The notes beneath the pieces are model-generated. The model searched no databases. It had not been told where the DNA came from and saw only the letters and a list, made by a program, of their open reading frames with translations. Source: Azolla caroliniana (taxonomy: Eukaryota > Plantae > Polypodiophyta). From it: 64,000 bases of DNA. The translations under genes and the position numbers were made by a program. The stretch's first letter is position 1; each line of letters starts with the position of its first letter. The stretch lies in the NCBI GenBank assembly GCA_043228905.1, contig JBHGNT010000016.1, positions 11,656,001-11,720,000 on the forward strand. The letters are read 5' to 3'. This document shows, piece after piece, positions 36,101 to 47,540 of the stretch.

Positions 36101-38804
36101 TCGTCAGAAGGCATCTCCATGGACCCAGCTAAGGTCAAAACGGTGGTAGAATAGCAGACTCCGCGTTCGGTGCGGGATGTGCAATGCTTCTTAGGCTTTG
36201 CCAATTTTTACCGGAAGTTCATACAAGATTACTCAAAGATCGTTCTACCTCTCACACAACTTACCAGGAAGGGACAACCGTTCATCTGGTCTGAAGAAAC
36301 GGACATGGCTTTCAAGAGTCTTAAAAAGGCATTTACATCGGCTCCAATTCTAGCTCATGTCGATCCGGAAAAACCATTCATTATCGAAGCTGATGCATCG
36401 GATTTTGCATTGGGGAGCATTCTGTCACAACAGGGGAATGATGAGAAGCTACATCCTGTGGCTTTTCACTCACGCAAGTTTGACGCCGCCGAAATCAACT
36501 ACGAAATTCATGATAAGGAGCTATTGGCAATAGTGGATTCTTTTATGCAATGGAGGCATTTTCTGGAGGGATCCTCTCATCCAGTCACCGTATTTAGTGA
36601 CCACAAGAATCTTGCCTACTTTCAAGATGCTCGTGTGTTGAATCGACGTCAAGCTCGGTGGGCCCACTTCCTCACGCGTTTCGACTTCAAAATTACATAT
36701 CGTCCGGGGAGGCACCAAGGGAAGGCAGATGCATTATCACGGCGTTCATATCTAGCACCCCATCCCGGCGAGCCAGCTTTCGATAACCAAAAACAAGTCA
36801 TCTTGGGACCGGCATGACTACAAGCAACACAGATCTTTGAAATGCCTATGGATTCCCCCATTATCGATACCATACGTGAAGACTTGAAGACAGATGCGTT
36901 CGCCCAAGCTATACTAGCACAAATTGATCCCTCTTGAGCGTCGTGTTCACAATCGCAACCACCAGGTACGGACTATCGGCAATTCAAATACCATGATGGA
37001 TTACTCTTCTTTAAAGAACTTTTGTATGTTCCTAATGGTTCTTGCCGCCTTCGAGTAGTACAAAACTGTCATGACACATATACAGTTGGGCATTTTGGTA
37101 GTACTAAAACATTACATTTAGTACAACGAACATTCTGGTGGCCCTGTATGCGACAATTTGTCGAGGATTTTGTTCAGACTTGTGATACATGTTGCAAAGT
37201 GAAAATGCCAAGGCATCATCCATATGGTTTATTAGAACCATTACCAATTCCAAGCTAGCCGTGGCAATCCATTGCTCTAGACTTCATCACAGATCTTCCA
37301 GTCTCTAAGGGGTTCAATGCGATTCTAACGGTGGTCGATCGATATACGAAGATGGGTCATTTCTTGCCATGTACTAAGGAGATCTCCAGTGAAGACACTG
37401 CCGAAATTGTCATGCGTGAAGTATGTCGGCATCATGGACTTCCCGATAGTATCATCAGCGACCGTGGACCCCAGTTCGTGTTAAAATTCTGGAAGCACCT
37501 TTTTAACATGCTCAAGGTCACTTGTAACCTCTCCTCCGGCTACCACCCACAAACTGACGGCCAAGCTGAACGAACAAATCAAACGTTGGAGCAGTATCTG
37601 TGGTGCTTTCTCAGCTATCATCAAGATGACTGGGCAGATATTCTCCACTTCGCCGAATTTGCCTATAACAACTCTATCCACGCATCCACTAAAGTTACGC
37701 CATTTTATGCTTATACGGGATGTCACCCCAGGTGGAGTGTACTTGAAACCCCAGAGGTGTCCACAAATCCGTGCGCGGAGGATCGTTTGGAGCAGTTACG
37801 CAAGATACAAGCGAATTTATCTACTCATCTCCAACAAGCTCAACAAACACACAAGGTCTACGCGGATCGTCATCGACTTCTATCCAGTTTTAATATTGGA
37901 GATTGGGTGTGGCTACTACGACGACACATCAAGACTACTCATCCATGTGAGAAGTTAGATTATCGGCGATTAGGTCCTTTCTGTATTATTGGACAGATTA
38001 ATGATATCGCTTTTCATCTCGATCTACCTCCTCAACTTCGGATACTTCCGGTGTTTCATAGTTCTCTCCTCGAACCCTACCACGAGAGCACCATCCCAGG
38101 ACGTCTTATCCAACCTCCACCCCCGATCGAGCTTGAAGATGGGCCGGAGTACGAGGTTGCCGCCATCCTTGATTCCAAGATTGTTCGCAACACTCTACTA
38201 TCTAGTCGATTGGCTAGGCTATAGCCCCAGCGAACGTACTTGGGAACCGATCGAGAATGTCACCAATGCTCGTGCTCTTCTTGAAGACTTCCATCGCCAA
38301 TATCCACACAAACCAGGTCCTCAATCCAAGACGACTCGTGACACTCGTCGTTTTAAAGGGGGGATAGTGTCATGATATGGCAAGACTCGAACCCATGACC
38401 TTAAGTTATATAGGTCGAGCTCTTGACCATTAGATCATCTATTGTAATACGTAGGATATTATTTTCATTTACATTTTATTATAGGAAATTAGTGTATATT
38501 CAGATTTCTCTGGAACATTCTAGAAGCTTCAGGATTACTCCTGAAAACACTATAAAAGAGGGCACTAGGCATTATGTTGAACCAAATTGGTTCAACGCCA
38601 GTCTTAAGCCTTTTAGCCACCATTGTATATTCTCTTCATATAATACATATCTTTCTTATCATCGCTCTCTCTCTCTCTCTCAATCTCTCTCTTTCTCTCT
38701 GTCTCGCTCACTTCTTCCTTCTCTCGAAGAAGTTCCACACCTCTCATAGTACTAATCCTTCATTTAGTACTAATTCCTTCTCTGTCTCAGTACTGTTCAT
38801 GACA
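33122..38804 (+). mobile_element. Chromovirus copy 2: LTRs 33122-33558 and 38368-38804; gag 33633-34793, pol ~34781-38375 (both disrupted)
   Basis: Same family as 7219-12907. TSD GTCC (33118-33121 and 38805-38808). PPT AAAGGGGGGATAG at 38355-38367. [13 protein letters not shown], chromodomain YLVDWLGY...TWEP. The pol stop lies inside the 3' LTR. Confidence 0.96.
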
Positions 38805-41318
38805 GTCCGGGCGTGGAAAATGGGGTTCTTCACAAGCTGGATGTTGCTCAGGTTGTCGCAGTAGATAGTCGTTGGATTGGACACCTCCACCTACAGATCC
38901 TTAAGTAGCCGCTTCAAACATATGGCTTCGCATGTAGCGATAGCTGCTCCTCTATACTCAGCTTCAGTGCTCGACAACGCAACTGTCGGTTGCTTCTTGC
39001 TACTCCACGCTATCGCGGCACTCCCAAGGGAGAACGCGTATCCGGATGTGGATCGGCGATCGGCGGCGTTGCCAGCCCAATCAACATCGGTGTAGCTGAC
39101 CAAATGCGAGGCTGTACCGGTCCGATATAGCAGTCCCCAGTCCTTAGTGCAGCTTACGTACCGCAGTACGCGTTCCGCACAGTGAAGATGCTCCTCGGTA
39201 GGTCGCGCCATAAACTGACTAATCACCCCCACCGGATAACTAAGATCAGGTCGGGTGATTATCAAGTAGATAAGGCTTCCAACAATTTGTCAAAACCTTG
39301 TTGGGTCGCATACCTCTCCGGAATTGGGACGGAGCTTGACGGTTCTATCCAGAGGAGTCGAGACGGACTTACAGTCTGCCATCCCGAATTTGAAGAGCAT
39401 ATTCAACGCGTAATGACGTTGGCTGATCAGTATGCCTTCGGGGGTGCGGACCACTTCGATCCCGAGGAAGTAATGAAGATCCCCTAGATCCTTCATGTTG
39501 AACGATGCCGCAAGTTGGAGCTTCACACGGTTGATTTCACCTAGGTCGGCGCCGGTGATGACCAAGTCATCAACATAGAGTAAAATACTAACCGGACCGA
39601 GTCGACCTTTCCGGATGAACAGGGAAGAGTCTGATTTGGACGTTGCAAAGCCCATCTGACGCAGTTGTTGCGTGATCTTCGCGTTCCAGGCACGCGGGGC
39701 TTGCTTCAGTCCGTAAAGGGACTTCTTCAATCGGCACACCGCCGAAGTGTTCGTTCCGGAGTGAAATCCGGGGGGTTGTACCATGTACACTTGTTCCTTA
39801 AGCTCACCTTGTAGGAACGCATTCTTTACATCCATCAGATGTAAGTACCACCCCTTTGCCGCAGCTACTGCGAGCAAAACACGGACGATCGTCATCTTCG
39901 CAACCGGCGCAAACGTCTCATCGTAATCGATGCCGTGTTTTTGCGCGTAGCCTTTCACTACTAACCGGGCCTTGTATCGTTTGACCGAGCCGTCAGTGTT
40001 GTACTTGACCTTGTACACCCACCTACATCTGATCGGCTTCACACCCTTCGGTGCGTCAACCAGGTCCTAGGTCTCGTTTTCCGCCAATGCGTGCATCCCT
40101 TCCTCCATCGCGGCGCCCCAATTCGCGTCCTTAGCCGCTTCTGCGTAGCTCTCTAGCTCATGCACTTCCGCTACACGGGTCATGTACGCATAATGATGCA
40201 CCATGTACTCGTTGTATCCGAACCGCACAACTGGGTTCTTCTGGCGGGTAGATCGGTGTAATCAGTCATTAGCCGATGTCGAGGTCTTCTCGGCCGACGC
40301 GAACTTCGCTCTTGAAGACCCATCACCGCTTCCCTCGGAGTCGGACTCGCATCGGTCTAACTCGTGCTTATTCGTGCTGGAATCCGACACCTTCTTCTTC
40401 CCTTTCTCTTTGTGTGTAAGCTGTCTCCTCGGCTTCCTGCATGGGGAATGCACGGCCGACTCTCCACTACTCACCGGCTCTTCATCGGACTGGTCAAACC
40501 GACTCAGTCGTCCATTCGGTCCACTTAACCGAAACGAAATCAGACTCTCTTCGCAGGTCCCGATTTCAGGCTTATCCGGAGGCATCTCAGCCTCGCTGAC
40601 CTCATCGTCAGAACTCGGATTGGAGGTGAGGTCCGGAGTCGGAGGCAAGTACTAGGGCGCAAACTCATCAAACACAACGTCGCGGCTCACGTGCGCTTGT
40701 TTGGTGCAAGGGATATAACACTTATAACCCTTCTGCTTGTCCGAGTAACCGACCAAGATACATTTCTCGGCCTTTGTGTCCAGCTTCCTCAATTTCTCCT
40801 TCGGCACACGCACATATGCAATGCTACCGAAAACTCGTAAGTGTCGCTGTTATATTCTGACCGGACAAGGCCTAACACAAGGTGTCACGGAGACACTTCC
40901 CCAAAGGGTGATTACGGCATAGGATTAAGATTCAACGATTACACCGACTTACGTAGGTTACACGATTAGAGTGCTTTGGTTAATTACACGCGTAAGATAT
41001 AACAGTAATTACAGAACGGAAATCAACACAGAAGTATAAACACCATATGCTCTATTAATTATCCGCTGCGATTACAATGGGGTCCGGGCCTTTAAATAGG
41101 TTTCCGGCCCGTAGTACAAAACGGTGCCTATCGCACCTATTCGGGATCCGTCCGGATCTGGAACGGCATACCGTTTCCAGTCCGTCCGTCCACACTATGC
41201 TTATTTACAACCATACTTAATTAATTCCTTCACTCCGTATTTTGGACTCCTTGTCGGCCGATAACACATGGCACGCCCGTGGGACAGTACCTTGTACGTC
41301 GAACCCTTCTCGGCCCCT

Positions 41319-43988
41319 TCATTGTTCACCCAAATTGTCCAAAATACTTTGTTCCAGAGTTTCCACTTGTTCTTCCGGTTGTGGTTGTTGTGGCTGTGCT
41401 TGCTGCTGCTGCTGTGGTTGCGGTTGGGACTGAGGCTGCTCCGGCTGCTCTATAGGCGGCTGCTCCGTTTGTTTCTCTGACTCCGGCATCCCCGTTTGAC
41501 TGCTTCCGGTCCGGTCTCCTTCCAGTAACGGTTCCTCATCACTAAGGTTGACCGTAACCGGTTCTCGTGCTTTCTCTTCCCGGATCCGGGACCTCTCGTA
41601 GCTTTCAAACTGGATCTGCGCCTCCAGCCTGTCGTCGTCCAGCTGAGCTACAAGTTGCCGGACTTGCCCTAGTTGGTCCTCTGCCAAGGCTTGAAAGTCT
41701 TCGGCCAGCTCATCTCTTATGCCGGTGAAGTCTTCGGAAGTCAGCATATAGCAATCATCTCCCTCCTTCCGCCGGTTCTCTACGTCGGCCCGGAGCAATT
41801 GGAGTTCCGCCGCGTTCGTGGCCCACTTGGTCCACCATTTGACGGAACCGTTGTCAATCAAGCTCTTGGTCTGGTTCAACCAGGCCCGCATGATATCCTG
41901 GATGCGACTTGCTCCCATTTGCGCTCTACTTTCCACAACTTGTCGTTCCTCCTTCAACTGCTTGATGAGATTAGCCGTATCCTCCGCCTGCTCTCTGTAG
42001 CGCGTCAGCTGCCCTTGATATGTTGTTTGCAGCCTCTGCAGTACCTCCGCCGCTTTTTCTTTTTCCGCCTGCTGTTGCCTGAGGAGCTCTGTCCGAACCT
42101 TCTCCGCCTCTTCCAACCGTCTTCTGGTTTCCGCTTGTTCCTTAGCGTATGCCGTTGCGGTCCGATCAACTGCTTGCCGGAGCTCATCCGTCCGTTCCTT
42201 GTGCTCCGTTTGCAACCGTTTATACTCCCGGTGCAAGTGCTCAAATTCCTCCGTTTTTTGTTTGAGCTTGCCGTTGATCTGGCGATGGTTCCGGTCCTCC
42301 CGGTCCTTTAGCTGCCGGAGTTCCTCTTTCAGGCGTTCTACTTCTGTTTCAGCGTTTCTCCGGAGCCTGTCCTTCTCTTGCAGCATTTTCTCCTTCTCCT
42401 CCTTGAGCCGGTCGTACGCTTGGTGGCCTTTTCGTAAGCTCTCCTCGGCCCGACGTAGATTCTCAGCAGTCTTTTTGAGTTCTGCCTCCGCTGCCGTCTT
42501 CAACTCTCTTTCGCGGCTCCTCAGCGCTTCTTGGGCAGCTAGCTCATCCTTTAAGTCCGCAAGCTCTTGGGCTTGTGCCACATTTCTCTCCGGAACGGTT
42601 TCCGTTGCCGGGGTCTGATTGCTATGTACAGGTTGATCTGACGCTTTATTCTGTACATTGCCCGGAGTCACCGGTGCTTGGACTTGTGTTGTCAAAGCCA
42701 ATTGAGCCATTTCCCTTGTGACCCTGTCCAAGTCTTGTTCAAGGCTCCGGATTCGGGACCGGGCCGTCTCTAGATCTACGGTTGTGACGAGCAACCGTTC
42801 GTGGTGCGCTCTCTCCTCCGCCTCTATGTACTCGACCGCTCCGGCGATTTGCTCGCCTACCCACCGTAGCCACATGCTACCGGTGCCTTGCTGCTGTACT
42901 GGTCGGGTCGGCTCGTTCACTGTGGAATTGTCTGGCCTGAGTGCCTGTATCTGCCGTTCTGGTTCTACTCCTTGGCCGCCGTGTGTGCTGGCTGGGCTCG
43001 CCGGCTGTTGAGTTCCGGTTCTCGCCGTCTCCGGAGCCGTTGGAATGACTTCTTGTATAGAAGTCGACAAGGCCGGTTCTATACGCACCGGTTCCGGTTC
43101 CTCCCTTGTGGTTTGCTCAGGTTGAGTTGGGGGCGTTTCTTCCTTTTGCGGGTCCGAACGCTCCCCCGATGTCCCGGCGGTCCTACTTCTTGACCGTCGT
43201 TGGAGGTGCTCCACTGGCTCCTCCGTTTCCTCTTCCTGGGTAACGGCATGTATCTGTGCCGTCAAGGGTTCCGGTTCCTTCTGTCCCGATCGCCGTATGG
43301 TTATCTTAACGGGTGGGACCGGTGACACCTCCTCCGGTTCTGGGAGTCGTTTCTTCCCTTTCGTCGCCTTCGACGCTAGCAGCTGCTGTCGTTTGGACGC
43401 CGGCTTCGAGGTGCTTCCTTCCGATAATCTTGGCCACTTCTTTGGCTGAACGGTCTCGACCGGCGGCACGAGCAATGTTATCCACTGAGCTACGGCATGC
43501 CACAGCTTCCGGCCCTCCTTGCCGTCCTTTCCTCGTACCATGTCGATTGCCGCGCACAAACCGTCTGCAATCAACACCGGCCAATCCACCTTGATCCCTT
43601 CATAGGTGGCTATGATCATCCCTTCCCGATTTTTTGGCATGACAGGGGGTCGGGGGTACACGTGGCCGTACTCATGGAGCACTCGAGCTATCTCCTTGAA
43701 TAGCGGATCTTCGCCGCCCTGCGTTCGATAGCCTTTGCCGGCAACAGAGTATTCACCGAAATATCGGATGAGTTGCTCCGAGGTTGGGTTATCAATCTGA
43801 AAAATACCTCCCTCCGGAAGGCCTGTTAGCGCACGGATCGCTTCCTCGGTGATGACTTCTTTGTCGAGCTCCTTGATGACCTGGTCGGCTTCTTTGTGCG
43901 GTGGTGCCTCCATGATGGTCAAGAACCCATCCAGTCCGTGTTGCCTGAACCATTTCCTGGCCGCTTCCGACAGCGTTTGTGGTTCCAT
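41319..43988 (-). CDS. Element G extra ORF (~889 aa from ATG at 43988; frame open to 44288): N-terminal globular domain, P/E-rich linker, long coiled coil
   Basis: Uninterrupted 989-codon frame between integrase and LTR, same sense as pol. N-terminal WFRQHGLDGFL...ITEEAIRALTGLP...VDWPVLI recalls plant-retroelement accessory (mobile-domain-like) proteins. E/K/R/Q heptads run over about 400 aa. Confidence 0.8.
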   Translation of the reverse strand: MEPQTLSEAARKWFRQHGLDGFLTIMEAPPHKEADQVIKELDKEVITEEAIRALTGLPEGGIFQIDNPTSEQLIRYFGEYSVAGKGYRTQGGEDPLFKEIARVLHEYGHVYPRPPVMPKNREGMIIATYEGIKVDWPVLIADGLCAAIDMVRGKDGKEGRKLWHAVAQWITLLVPPVETVQPKKWPRLSEGSTSKPASKRQQLLASKATKGKKRLPEPEEVSPVPPVKITIRRSGQKEPEPLTAQIHAVTQEEETEEPVEHLQRRSRSRTAGTSGERSDPQKEETPPTQPEQTTREEPEPVRIEPALSTSIQEVIPTAPETARTGTQQPASPASTHGGQGVEPERQIQALRPDNSTVNEPTRPVQQQGTGSMWLRWVGEQIAGAVEYIEAEERAHHERLLVTTVDLETARSRIRSLEQDLDRVTREMAQLALTTQVQAPVTPGNVQNKASDQPVHSNQTPATETVPERNVAQAQELADLKDELAAQEALRSRERELKTAAEAELKKTAENLRRAEESLRKGHQAYDRLKEEKEKMLQEKDRLRRNAETEVERLKEELRQLKDREDRNHRQINGKLKQKTEEFEHLHREYKRLQTEHKERTDELRQAVDRTATAYAKEQAETRRRLEEAEKVRTELLRQQQAEKEKAAEVLQRLQTTYQGQLTRYREQAEDTANLIKQLKEERQVVESRAQMGASRIQDIMRAWLNQTKSLIDNGSVKWWTKWATNAAELQLLRADVENRRKEGDDCYMLTSEDFTGIRDELAEDFQALAEDQLGQVRQLVAQLDDDRLEAQIQFESYERSRIREEKAREPVTVNLSDEEPLLEGDRTGSSQTGMPESEKQTEQPPIEQPEQPQSQPQPQQQQQAQPQQPQPEEQVETLEQSILDNLGEQ

Positions 43989-44440
43989 GTCTGCTTCGAG
44001 GTCGAGGAAAGATGGCGAGGTAGAGTGGTGATGAGAGTGAGAGCGAGAGAGAGAGCGTTCCGAACGTGGGGGTTCTCTGAGTGCAGGTTCGCGTTTGCTA
44101 AGCTTCCATTGCCTTGGTGCTTCTGTGCTTCTTGGCTCGCGAAAAAAAAAGGTCTCCATGCGTTCTTCTTTTTCTCTGTGCGTCTTGGCGCCTTTTTCGA
44201 GCATGCGCACGTCGTGTACCAATTTAGTATTAAGTAATGTGGCGGCTCTTAAATGCCCACTACGTACCTTTTCGCTCCTTGCTTTCACGTCCGTTCATAC
44301 CTCGATTTTTAATGATTTTTTTTTTCTTTTCTTTTCTTTTCTTTTCTCTTTTTAATGACGGTATGTGATCTTACACATCCGTAGGTCCCTTCGGACCTTA
44401 CCGTTTTCCTTACGGGTTGCCGTGTCTTCCTTCGCCTCTG

Positions 44441-47130
44441 CTACGGGTTCCCGGTGGGCTGCATAAACGGGTTACTTGGCATCGGTCCTTTATAGGGCTT
44501 TAGTCTAAATCCGTTGACCCACTTGCCTAGCACTTCACCGGCAAGTGTCCCTAACTGATAGGACCCGTTGTACTCCCGTGTCAGCCAATACGGGCCTGTC
44601 CATCTAAACCGGAGTTTACCCGGCATCTTGCCCATCCTTGTTTGGAATACTAGCACCGGCTTTCCGATTTCGAACATCTTCTCATTACCTTTCCGGTGAC
44701 GGTCAACGAACGCTTTCCGTCGTCGTTGCTCCAGTTCCATGTGTAGGATGCTGGCCAGCTGTTGCTCCTCCAGTTCGCATAGTGTTGCTAGCCGCATTTC
44801 CTCCGACTCCTTTTCATTCAGCCGTTCCCGTAGTTGGATCCGTAAGCTTGGTACCTGAAATTCCACCTATCTTCTGATGCCACCGTGTCGTCCGTTGCCG
44901 TTTCCGGGGTGATGCGGAATAACTCTGCGTCCGGGAATTCATCCAATACTCCGTCGCCTGATTCTCCGGACTCTAACCGGCTCAGGTAGTCCGCTACGGC
45001 ATGCTGGATACCGGGCCGGTGGAAGATCTCGAATTCGAACTCCTGCAACAGCAAGGTCCAACGGGCCAACTTACCAGTCAGGGACGCCTTGGACACTAAG
45101 TACAGGAGCGCCGAGTGATCCACATGGAAGGAGAACTTCCTTCCCAATAGGTAATGACGAAACTTTGTGACACTGTAGATCATGCCCAGGGCCTCCCGTT
45201 CCGTAGTCGAATAGTTCTTCTCCGCTTGGGACAGCTTCCGGCTGGCGTAATATACCGGCCGGTACCATTTTGGCTCCGTAAGTTGCATTAAGGCGTTGCC
45301 GATAGCGATGTCGGAAGCGTCAACGAACACATGAAATTCCTTGCTCCAATTCGGAGGCTGCACGACGGGTGCTTGCGACAAAAGTACCTTCAGGGCGTTG
45401 TATGCCTTATCCTCCGTATCCGTCCATTGGAACGGTGTCCGATGAACCGCGGTGTGTAATGGTGTAGCCAAGTCAGCCAAGTGACGGAGCATCCGGCTGT
45501 GCCACCGGATCTGTCCTAAGAATCGGCTTAGTGCTTTGGCCGTTTTCGGCGCCGGTGCCCCTAGTATCGCGTTTACTTTGTCCGGGTCGACCGCAATGCC
45601 CTCCTTACTTACAATGTGTCCCAGTAAGATTCCACTTGAAACCCCAAAGATGCATTTTGCTGGGTTTAAGCTTAGTCGGTATAACCTACACTTTTCAAGG
45701 CATAACCGTAGGTGCTGCAAATGGTCTTTTCCCCGGCTATAGACTGCAAAATCATCCAGGAAAACCTGCATGAAGGCAGGAATGTATTCGCCGAAGATCT
45801 CCATGATGATTCGCTGGAAAGTTGCTGGTGCCGTTTTTAGGCCGAACATCATTACTTCGGCCACAAACACCCCCCATTCGGTGACGAACGTTGTCTTCTC
45901 CTGGTCGTCCGGGTGCATCCGGATTTGATTGTATCCGCTGAACCCATCTAAAAAGCTATAAACTTCGTGGCCGGCGACGGCATCCAGTACTCCATCCGTG
46001 AACGGAAGAGGGAATGCATCCGTAATTGTGGCTGCATTTAGTTTCCTGTAATCTACACACACGCGGATTTTACTGTTCTTCTTTGGGACGACGACGATGG
46101 GGCTCAGCCACGTCGCTTTCTTTACCGGCCGGATGAAGCCCACTCTTAGGAGTTTGTCGATTTCCTCCTTCACTTTGGCGGCATAGTTGGGGTTCATTCG
46201 GTAACGTCTTTGCGCCATTGGTTTCGCGTCCTTGCCTAAGTGGATCTGATGCTGATATAATTGAGGGTCCAACCCTCGCATGTCTTCGTATGACCAGGCG
46301 AATACGTCGCGAAACTCCGTGAGAAGTTTGATCATCGCCGCTTTATCTTCCGGCTTCATTTCTTTGGCGATGTGTACCGGCTTAGGAACTGGTGCATGTT
46401 TGTCAGCCACCTATCTTCTGATGCCACCGTGTCGTCCGTTGTCGTTTCCGGGGTGATACGGAATAACTCTGCGTCTGGGAATTCATCCGATACTCCGTAG
46501 GCTGGCCCATTCGTTGGCATAGGTCACATTCCTTAGCGTACTTGACGGCGTCTTTTAACGTCGTGGGCCACCATAAGCCGCTCTGCCATACTTTCCTTGC
46601 CGTCGCTTCCCCGACATAGTGTCCTCCGGCAACCCCACAGTGTGCTTCCCATAAGATTACTTGTTTCTCGTCACTACGGACTGCCCGTCTCCATATTCCA
46701 TCTGCTCCTTTGTGGTAGAGAGTGTCCCGTAACAGACAGAAATTGCGGCTCTGCACCGCCAGTCGTTTCCTCTCGTCCCGGTTCATTTCCTCCGGTGGCA
46801 GGCCCGTGCTTGCTCCGTTTATGGACCACGGCATAGAACGTTGTTAAGCTTTCAACTACCTGGCCGAGGTAGTGCCCTCCTTGGTCGCTGATTAATTCAA
46901 TCGGACATCCATATCGGCACCAAATGTTCTCGTACAGGAATTTTGCTGTGGATGACGCGGTGTTGTCTCTCAAGGCCTTAGCCTCCACCCATTTAGTGCA
47001 ATAATCTGTTGCCACGATGACATAACGATTACCCGTTCTCATTGCCGGTGGCTTGAACGGTCCGACAAAATCCAACCCCCACTTCTGGAATGGCTCTAGT
47101 GGAAGTACCGGTTGGTGTGGCATCCGTTTA
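44441..47130 (-). pseudogene. Element G RT-RNase H and shuffled integrase fragments
   Basis: RT YSFLDGFSGYNQI and VFLDDF, RH FVDASD/NYSTTERE (44863-46383). INT Zn finger H-H-C-C (46499-46810), INT core WGLDFVGP/ISDQG (46811-47130), INT C-terminus WTGPY (44441-44866). Confidence 0.93.
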
Positions 47131-47540
47131 TAACACTCTGTCGGCTCGGTTCTATACGCACCGGTTCCGGTTCCTCCCTTGTGGTTTGCTCAGGTTGAGT
47201 TGGGGGCGTTTCTTCCTTTTGCGGGTCCGAACGCTCCCCCGCTGTCCCGGCGGTCCTACTTCTTGACCGTCGTTGGAGGTGCTCCACTGGCTCCTCCGTT
47301 TCCTCTTCCTGGGTAACGGCATGTATCTGTGTCGTCAAGGGTTCCAGTTCCTTCTGTCCCGGTCGCCGTATGGTTATCTTAACGGGTGGGACCGGTGACA
47401 CCTCCTCCGGTTCTGGGAGCCGTTTCTTCCCTTTCGTCGCCTTCGACGCCAGCAGCTGCTGTCGTTTGGACGCCGGCTTCGAGGTGCTTCCTTCCGATAA
47501 TCTTGGCCGCTTCTTTGGCTGAACGGTCTCGACCGGCGGC

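Noticed and set aside
41319-44288. Captured host gene (myosin/SMC-like) or envelope gene
   Set aside because: It has no introns, no motor or ATPase motifs, and no signal or TM segment. Its position and composition fit a native accessory ORF.
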